IMG/VR virus record: IMGVR_UViG_3300010354_000089
Span: 1 to 63,004 of that record
Source: a virus
Lineage: Duplodnaviria > Caudoviricetes
DNA length: 63,004 nt
Direction: 5' to 3' (one strand)
A program made the position numbers and the translations under genes. The notes beneath the pieces are model-generated. The model ran no database searches. It was not told where the DNA came from and worked only from the letters and a program-made list of their open reading frames with translations. This document shows positions 56,281 to 63,004 of the stretch, piece by piece (position 1 is the stretch's first letter; each line of letters begins with the position of its first letter).

Positions 56281-58020
56281 TTATATTGTTGAAAACACAA
56301 CCCAGTCATTATTATAGTATTCAGGAGCCGATTCTGTAATCGTAAGTGACGTATCTTCTGATCTAACCCCTGGCCTTTCAATATAAAGATTAAAATGGCC
56401 TAAAGCTTTAGACACGGTCAGTTCTGTTTGATATACTGCTATACAGTTATAAAGATTTGACGGTCCAGAGCTATTAAAAGAAATATCCCCAGAAACGGGA
56501 TTTGAAAATACTAATACAATATGACTCATATTGTCAACATTTAATAGATTAGATATATTTGTTTGTGCTGTTTTATCTACTCCATTTATGTATATTTTTG
56601 ATATATTAGTTTTAGATATTGCCCCAGAACCGTTCCAAGATAGGTTAGAAGCCGCATATGACCCGTTTGCGACAGTTGATATTAATGTTGTAGCAGATAG
56701 TGCAGAAGGTGTTAAAAACATCTCTATTGACCTTACAGCCTCATCTACGGGTATTTTAAAACCTCCCGTGGAAGAAGTTTTTAAGCCATTAGTTAAATGT
56801 CTTGAAAGTACTGGGAAATTAAAAGACCCTAAATCATATTCTTTATCTGAAGTTATTTTAAATCCATAGTTATCAGCGTAAACATCTTTACTAGCGTAAA
56901 ATCTAATTCTAAATAAAGATAACTTTGGTAGATATTTAGATGCGTCAGATGTTGACATTGTAATTTTAATATAAAGTGGTCCTGGGGTTATTGCTGATTC
57001 TTTGGTATATCCTGGAACAGCTGCTCCGTTCACACATGGACTATAGGTAATTCCATCTGAGCTTACCTCTACAGATATACCATTGTTGCCACGCCATTCT
57101 ATTTTAGACGAAGATATTGGTAGCTGTAGGGGAACCATTAATATATCATTAATGATAAATTCTTTTGTTTGAGCGTCGTCTGTTCTATAAAATGAAATAT
57201 AGTTTTGCTCATTATTATAATATACATCTTCTGTAATTAATTTTCTAAATTTATTTTCAGTATATTCATATTTAAAAAGGACATCCATATTTTCATCATT
57301 TAATGTAAATAGCTTACCCCCATCTGGCTTTACTACGTGAAGAGGATTTATGCTTGAAGATCCGTTTTTAAAATGATCAAGGCATTGAATTAGATTTAAT
57401 CCATACCTATAAATAGCTGGTGCGTCTGCTATAAAGTAGTCTGTAGAAATTGTTGTGGGGCCTAATGATGGAGAGAACGAGCTATTAGTAAATTTAAAAT
57501 CCTCTAATGTTTTTGAAGCAACTGGGTACCCGTCAACATATAAAGTCATTGAAGAGGTAGAGTATACTCCAATTAAATGAACTGCTTTGTCTAAATAATT
57601 TAGTGTATAGTATAACTCTTCATTTTGAAGTTTAAATACAATTGATCCTTTTTCATAGTAAAGACCTATTCCATTTGAATTATCTGCAAAAATAATTGTT
57701 CTTGAGGATGAGGATATCTTAGGATACACCCAGACTTCAATAGAAAAATCATTGTCTGAAGATCCTGATTTTGCCATACCTCCGCCTACCGATACTCCAT
57801 AATAATTTTTATTTACATTAAAATTAACATAAGAAGTATTTGTAATCTTTGTTCCTACAGATCCACCAGAAACTAAAGGCAGTATATCTTGAGATATTGC
57901 TCCTACGTAAGTCCCATTATTTTGGCATCCAGAGTAATCGACAGCAGTGGTTCCAGAGGTTTCATCTAGATGCCAGAAACCTACTGGATTGTCTTTAATT
58001 ACTTTTAGCTGATAGGACAT
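56281..58020 (-). CDS. LamG/concanavalin A-like virion protein
   Basis: DNPVGFWHLDETSGT, FSIEVWV and LYVDG. Confidence 0.75.
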   Translation of the reverse strand: MSYQLKVIKDNPVGFWHLDETSGTTAVDYSGCQNNGTYVGAISQDILPLVSGGSVGTKITNTSYVNFNVNKNYYGVSVGGGMAKSGSSDNDFSIEVWVYPKISSSSRTIIFADNSNGIGLYYEKGSIVFKLQNEELYYTLNYLDKAVHLIGVYSTSSMTLYVDGYPVASKTLEDFKFTNSSFSPSLGPTTISTDYFIADAPAIYRYGLNLIQCLDHFKNGSSSINPLHVVKPDGGKLFTLNDENMDVLFKYEYTENKFRKLITEDVYYNNEQNYISFYRTDDAQTKEFIINDILMVPLQLPISSSKIEWRGNNGISVEVSSDGITYSPCVNGAAVPGYTKESAITPGPLYIKITMSTSDASKYLPKLSLFRIRFYASKDVYADNYGFKITSDKEYDLGSFNFPVLSRHLTNGLKTSSTGGFKIPVDEAVRSIEMFLTPSALSATTLISTVANGSYAASNLSWNGSGAISKTNISKIYINGVDKTAQTNISNLLNVDNMSHIVLVFSNPVSGDISFNSSGPSNLYNCIAVYQTELTVSKALGHFNLYIERPGVRSEDTSLTITESAPEYYNNDWVVFSTI

Positions 58021-58042
58021 ATTTAATATTATATACCATTAT

Positions 58043-58639
58043 TTATCTTGTAAAGAAAAACAACGGAATCATATACTTGGTTCCAGAAGTAGTAGGTTTT
58101 GGATCATGTAAACATCCAACTGATGGGAAAACTACTGCGCTGCCTGCCTCTGGCTTGATTGATATGCCATGGTCTGGGAACTCAATTTCTCCTCCTTCAT
58201 ATTCGTCATTTAAATAGATTACCATTGAAACAGAAGACTTGTCATCTGCGCCGTACCCAGAATCAACATGAGGGCCCATATATACGCCAACATCGTATTT
58301 ATTTATTCCAAAATAAACTGGTAGATATCCTAGATCCATATCGTGATCTTTTGCATATTCTTCTGCCATAGTCAAAGCAAGATATGACACCATTGAGCAA
58401 ACTTTTGAGTTATGTCTGTCTACGTCATTGTTGTTTGCAAATAGATTTAGATATGCTCTCTTAACTTTTCCATAAATTACATCTGGACTTGAATGAGGTG
58501 TCCAAGTTTCCCATTTAGATATTTGAGACCCAAAAGACTGATTAGAGTCCATGTCTTCAATTTCTTTTATTAATTCATTAACATTAGGAATAATGTTAGT
58601 GTAGTAATATATGTCTGGGTGTAGGACTTGTTTATTCAT
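58043..58639 (-). CDS. 2OG-Fe(II) oxygenase (P4H-like)
   Basis: HVD, YLNDEYEGGE, FPS...H and KY. Confidence 0.88.
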   Translation of the reverse strand: MNKQVLHPDIYYYTNIIPNVNELIKEIEDMDSNQSFGSQISKWETWTPHSSPDVIYGKVKRAYLNLFANNNDVDRHNSKVCSMVSYLALTMAEEYAKDHDMDLGYLPVYFGINKYDVGVYMGPHVDSGYGADDKSSVSMVIYLNDEYEGGEIEFPDHGISIKPEAGSAVVFPSVGCLHDPKPTTSGTKYMIPLFFFTR

Positions 58640-59339
58640 ACTTACCCTTATATTGTGGAATCAAACCTTTCTTAGTGTTTTCTTCCCACTCTTTATAGGT
58701 TTCTTCTTGCTCTGCTCTAGTCTGCTTTAATTCGGCTTCCCATTCTGCAATTTGTTCTGGTGTGTATACAGCGTCTGCGTTATCCCAAAAAGAACCTACA
58801 GTATATCTTTCGCCATTTTTAACTGTTGTTACCTCATGCTCATTTCCATGACCACCCTTAAAAAATGCTAGTCTTCCTGGCTTTGCTTTTATTGTAATCT
58901 CATGATGTTTAAAGTTTAAAAATCCACCATCAAAATTATCATTTAAATACAAAAATCCAGCATACTTACTTTTATAAAAAGCGGAAGGGCTACCGTCTTC
59001 ATGAGTATTATCTGAGTGGAATCCAGCAAATGCTCCTTCTACCCACTTTTGAGCGTGATAACTTACCTCGGACAACTCCCTACCAAAACACTCTTCTCCA
59101 GCCTTTTTAATTTTTTCTTTTAATTGTGAAAAGTAATCTCTTGGTAATCCAAATAAAAGAAGGTTGTCATCGTATGGCCAATATCCCATAGCAAATGATC
59201 CATAAAATGAAATTTGATTCCAGTCTAGGTAGCCAGCTTCAACTATCTTATCAAGATAAGCTATGATAGCCTTGCACTCTTGATCAGTAATTAGATTGTC
59301 TACTACAAATACATCATCTTTTAAAGATACAATTTCCAT
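58632..59339 (-). CDS. 2OG-Fe(II) oxygenase (P4H-like)
   Basis: HSD, YLNDNFDGG and HEV...RY. Confidence 0.88.
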   Translation of the reverse strand: MEIVSLKDDVFVVDNLITDQECKAIIAYLDKIVEAGYLDWNQISFYGSFAMGYWPYDDNLLLFGLPRDYFSQLKEKIKKAGEECFGRELSEVSYHAQKWVEGAFAGFHSDNTHEDGSPSAFYKSKYAGFLYLNDNFDGGFLNFKHHEITIKAKPGRLAFFKGGHGNEHEVTTVKNGERYTVGSFWDNADAVYTPEQIAEWEAELKQTRAEQEETYKEWEENTKKGLIPQYKGKYE

Positions 59340-60181
59340 TAGCATTCAGTCTTTTCTTTTTCAGCAAGATAGTCCATATGAATATCAATCTCTTCTTTAG
59401 TTGGCTCTACCTTTACTCCATTTCTAAATACAAGGTTTCCACCATAAATATCTGCGTCTACTCTTTTCTTTTCCATCTCTAACCACTTTATGGCTCCATA
59501 CTCTATTTGATTAGCAAGCCATTCTGGTGAACCTGGATATGGATAGATCATAAAGTTTCTGATTAGGTACTTGTTGCCTTTAGTTGCTGTTCTCACTCCA
59601 TGATAATATGGTTCTCCAGAAGGGAATACCATAATATCTCCAGCTTCTGGCTTATAGGCTGGAACAAATTCTCCATCTACATAGAACTCAATTTCTCCAC
59701 CTTCGTAATCATCGTTTATGTAAACTGTGCATGTTAAGAAAAACTGTCTACCAGGCATGTCTTTTTCGCTTTGCTTAAAGTCTGTATGATATTGCATAGT
59801 TAGATTATTTTTTAAGGTATCTACGTTTGTATCATATTTACAAAATGAAGAAGATCCAAGCTCGCACTTTTCTGGCAACTCTACATTATATTTTGCAATA
59901 TAGTCTTTTATTGCAACATTATATGCATCATAAACAGTTTCTGCTGCCCAGTATTCCTTATCAAATGTTTCATTTTTACCCAGTTGATCTTGAACTGCAC
60001 CTTTAAATTTTGTACTAGCGTATGTACCAAAAGCACTCCATCTAGTCCATTCATTAAAATAATGCTCTCCAGTACCATTTTCAGTTGATTTAATAACTTC
60101 AAAAATTTCTTTGTGGTCTGGCAGCAATCCCTTATATACCTCTATTCTAGGGTATAAAGTTTTTGTTGTGTAGTCTGGCAT
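59339..60181 (-). CDS. 2OG-Fe(II) oxygenase (P4H-like)
   Basis: HTD, YINDDYEGGE and HGV...KY. Confidence 0.88.
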   Translation of the reverse strand: MPDYTTKTLYPRIEVYKGLLPDHKEIFEVIKSTENGTGEHYFNEWTRWSAFGTYASTKFKGAVQDQLGKNETFDKEYWAAETVYDAYNVAIKDYIAKYNVELPEKCELGSSSFCKYDTNVDTLKNNLTMQYHTDFKQSEKDMPGRQFFLTCTVYINDDYEGGEIEFYVDGEFVPAYKPEAGDIMVFPSGEPYYHGVRTATKGNKYLIRNFMIYPYPGSPEWLANQIEYGAIKWLEMEKKRVDADIYGGNLVFRNGVKVEPTKEEIDIHMDYLAEKEKTEC

Positions 60182-60849
60182 TATTTGTTCCTTCCTAATT
60201 TTGTAATCGTCCAAAACCAAGGGGATGTATATCTTACTCCACTTGTAATTACATCTACTCCATGAATATAATTTAAGTCTCCTGGGAAAAAGTAAGCAGC
60301 TTTTTTCTTAGGTCTAATTGCAACATCTTGTTTTGGAAAATGTAGTCTGCCACCTTCGTAATCATCATTTAAATAAAATATTGTTCCAAGGTCATACCAT
60401 GGGAAGTTTCCAGGCTTTCCAGCATCAGGACCTTCATGCAACTCTTTATCTGCATGTGGCCACTGCATAGATCCTACTGGCCATCTTACTAAACATGGCC
60501 CTGTTGGCAAAACTTCTACATCAAAATGATCCTCAATAATTGGTCTAAGTCTTTCAATAATTTCTTCTAGCATAGTTACAACTTTTGGATCACCTTTTTC
60601 TAAAGATGCTTTTGTAGCTACACGATCTTTCCAAACGTTATGCTGATAGATAATAGTACCGTTTTCATTATAAACATCTTCTCCGCCATCCCAAATAGTA
60701 TTATTCTTTGTATAGTTTAATAAATACTCACACTCTTCATCTGTTAAAAAATTCTCTACTTCAACAATATGTTCTTTACCTGAACCAAAATACCCAGATG
60801 GAGTTATTGATGTTCTATGATCTCTTACGTCTGATATACTCTTATGCAT
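60181..60849 (-). CDS. 2OG-Fe(II) oxygenase (P4H-like)
   Basis: HAD, YLNDDYEGG and HGV...RY. Confidence 0.88.
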   Translation of the reverse strand: MHKSISDVRDHRTSITPSGYFGSGKEHIVEVENFLTDEECEYLLNYTKNNTIWDGGEDVYNENGTIIYQHNVWKDRVATKASLEKGDPKVVTMLEEIIERLRPIIEDHFDVEVLPTGPCLVRWPVGSMQWPHADKELHEGPDAGKPGNFPWYDLGTIFYLNDDYEGGRLHFPKQDVAIRPKKKAAYFFPGDLNYIHGVDVITSGVRYTSPWFWTITKLGRNK

Positions 60850-60857
60850 TTTTTCTC

Positions 60858-61571
60858 CTATTCATATTTTTTTGGAACCCAAGTTTCTCTTTTATAGACT
60901 CCACCTTCTATTGTTCTATAAATTGCTGTGTGCGCCTCATGCCTTTTTATCATTTCTTCTTCAGTAAAAAGGTTAAATTCAGATGTCCAAGTTTCTCTCT
61001 TATATGGGATAACCTGAACATACGGGGTTCCCTTTTTAATAATCCCAGTAAAACCCTCACGAATGAAAAACGGTATAAGACCTGGTGCCCCATACTTATC
61101 ACTATCAATTATACCTGCTGTTGTTAAAAAAGGTAACTCAAAGTGATTTATAGGCTGAACCACAAGTGCGCTATATCCTTCTGGCAAAGTAAATCCCCAA
61201 TTTGGATACCAATGATAACCAAATTTATAATACCCCTCTGGGTAATGGAACTCACCCATATGAGGCCTTATCTCACAAAATCCTTCAAACCCTAATTCAG
61301 GTTGAGCATAAACAACACCTTCATATTCAAACACGCTAATATCACAAGGAGTTGTAAACATATAGCCAGAAGTAAATATATCATGTAAAGCTGGGCAAGA
61401 TTTAAATCCTGGACCTTTTTCGTTTTCTGGTGGCATCTTAATTGGTATACCATTTTCATCAGTCCAATATTTACTTGCATTCTTAAACCATTCTGGAGTT
61501 GTTTTTTTAGCAGGCTTAGGGACTGTGTCTTCTGTGTTATATGATCTATTAGAATTAAAAGTTATTTTCAT
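60858..61571 (-). CDS. Hypothetical protein, DUF6065-related (dUTPase-like beta fold possible)
   Basis: P.W...K.CP..D...GY; GIIDSD; KGTP..Q.IP. Confidence 0.55.
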   Translation of the reverse strand: MKITFNSNRSYNTEDTVPKPAKKTTPEWFKNASKYWTDENGIPIKMPPENEKGPGFKSCPALHDIFTSGYMFTTPCDISVFEYEGVVYAQPELGFEGFCEIRPHMGEFHYPEGYYKFGYHWYPNWGFTLPEGYSALVVQPINHFELPFLTTAGIIDSDKYGAPGLIPFFIREGFTGIIKKGTPYVQVIPYKRETWTSEFNLFTEEEMIKRHEAHTAIYRTIEGGVYKRETWVPKKYE

Positions 61572-62284
61572 TAAAATTTCTTTTCTACATTTAGTCTAAT
61601 TGCCTTTACTTCGTGCTCTCCAAGCTTATTACCCATATAGTCAACAGCATCCCTATAGTAATCTGTCCATTCTCCAGCAGCATTAGCCTTTGCTGCTGCC
61701 TCCATAGCTCCCTCCATTGTAAGAGGAATTTCTCTTTCAATTGTAGGAGCCATATGACCTGGATACATATTTGCTGTTGAGTTATTTAACTCTGTCAAAG
61801 ATATTGGCATTACTGCAATAAATGGTTCATTAGCTTTAATTGTTATTGGAGAAAATGGCTTTGTAATTTTCCATGCAACAGTTAGTGGACCTTCAAAAAA
61901 AGATGAACTTAATAATGTTGTTACTGCTTGAGCACCGTCAACAAATTGATTTGGCACAGGAAATGAAAGCAATGTATAGTTTGGATCAGTCCTAAATATT
62001 AAATCAGTTTCAAAATTAATTACTGCATGCCCTCTGCTTGTTTTACAATATTTTTCTCCTGCCAAAACTTTAACATTATCTGGATAAGTTGTTATCTGAC
62101 CATCCCACATAAACGTAATATCTTCTGGAAAAGAAAGGCCCCATCCCAATTGATTGCTTAATGTAAGAGGAAAACATCTATATGCATGCTTTTCTGCAGT
62201 AGCGTCCATCCAATCACGTTTTGCAGAAAGAGGAGCTATGTTCGCTGAGTTATCAGAAACCTTATAGACATTTAAATTTATCAT
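61571..62284 (-). CDS. DUF6065-family protein
   Basis: RDWMD.T...AYRCFPL..SNQLGW signature. Confidence 0.7.
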   Translation of the reverse strand: MINLNVYKVSDNSANIAPLSAKRDWMDATAEKHAYRCFPLTLSNQLGWGLSFPEDITFMWDGQITTYPDNVKVLAGEKYCKTSRGHAVINFETDLIFRTDPNYTLLSFPVPNQFVDGAQAVTTLLSSSFFEGPLTVAWKITKPFSPITIKANEPFIAVMPISLTELNNSTANMYPGHMAPTIEREIPLTMEGAMEAAAKANAAGEWTDYYRDAVDYMGNKLGEHEVKAIRLNVEKKF

Positions 62285-63003
62285 GAAGATCTCTGTTCTG
62301 CTGGTACAAACTTCTTTCCTTCTGTTATATGGTTGTACTCATAGCTTGCCTCTATTTCTCTATACAAAGGTGTATGAGGTGCTTCTTGATAATCCAACAT
62401 TGTAACTACAGAATACTTTACCCCAGATTTTACTGGCATGGCTGCATGTGAATAGATAAATGATGATGGGAATAAATACAGGTCTCCAGCTTTTGGCTTT
62501 ACATTAACTCCTAATTTATCAAAAAATAGTTCTCCGCCCTCATAGTCATCATTAATATATCCTACTGAAGATAGCACACACACATAGGAATAACCATGGT
62601 CTGAGTGTACCTGAAAATGTTGATCTTTTGCATATTTAATAAAATTAAAAGACTCCCAGTAATTTAATGGTGGGATCTGAAACATTTTCATGTAATCTTC
62701 TACTGCTGCTAGCTGCAAACCTTTTGCTTCTCTCCAAATTTGTCTTAATTCTATTTCGTCTTCAGTAAAATCTTCTGGATCTACATGTATGCCATTTCCT
62801 AACATTAAAGATCCGCCATTATTTTCTTTAATTTTAAAATCCCAAGCATCCCTATAATCTTTATTTAAGTTATCATATCCGACCTGAGCTAGGTTCCAAT
62901 GCTTCTTTCCTTCTGTTTTTGAAAGAACAGCCTCTAGCCTTTCAGCAAATCTATATTCTTTTGGGAAAACATTGCGATAAACAATAATTCCAGGATATAT
63001 GGT
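62281..63003 (-). CDS. 2OG-Fe(II) oxygenase, 5'-truncated by the window
   Basis: Frame open to the window end (..IYPGIIVYRNVF..); HSD, YINDDYEGGE and HAA...KY. Confidence 0.85.
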   Translation of the reverse strand, partial: TIYPGIIVYRNVFPKEYRFAERLEAVLSKTEGKKHWNLAQVGYDNLNKDYRDAWDFKIKENNGGSLMLGNGIHVDPEDFTEDEIELRQIWREAKGLQLAAVEDYMKMFQIPPLNYWESFNFIKYAKDQHFQVHSDHGYSYVCVLSSVGYINDDYEGGELFFDKLGVNVKPKAGDLYLFPSSFIYSHAAMPVKSGVKYSVVTMLDYQEAPHTPLYREIEASYEYNHITEGKKFVPAEQRSS

Positions 63004-63004
63004 T

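Noticed and set aside
360-61127. Numerous plus-strand ORFs in the track (e.g. 626..1036, 41281..41748, 53246..53683)
   Set aside because: Antisense shadows of well-supported minus-strand genes, with no recognisable motifs
58043-63004. TET/JBP or AlkB assignment for the oxygenases
   Set aside because: The motifs (YLND.YEGGE, FPS) fit the P4H-like class, and no adjacent DNA methylase is in the window

Overview
This 63 kb window is a segment of a large, AT-rich, tailed dsDNA phage genome with a long tape measure gene (siphovirus-like). All credible genes are on the minus strand. In transcription order (right to left) it contains: an array of 2OG-Fe(II) oxygenases plus DUF6065-like genes; a LamG virion protein; head genes (portal, protease/scaffold, major capsid); neck and tail genes, including a tail chaperone with a -1 frameshift, a 2123-aa tape measure and FN3/Ig tail fibres; a replication/recombination block (DnaB, primase, SSB, DnaE, MazG, RecA, Cas4-like, RuvC); terminase small and large subunits; a modification cluster (two SGNH-like genes, carbamoyltransferase, GT61, two unannotated 'FVY' peptides); four tRNAs with an embedded structured RNA; Hsp20 with a ROSE-like thermometer; a pseudoknotted RNA ahead of a luciferase-like monooxygenase; and a PA14 surface protein. 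Gene order and several apparently leaderless transcripts suggest a large actinobacterial phage, possibly freshwater (inference). The best candidates for an undescribed system are the FVY-peptide/SGNH/carbamoyltransferase/GT61 cassette together with the hydroxylase array, and the two orphan structured RNAs. Product calls come from motif recognition by eye; no database search was run.
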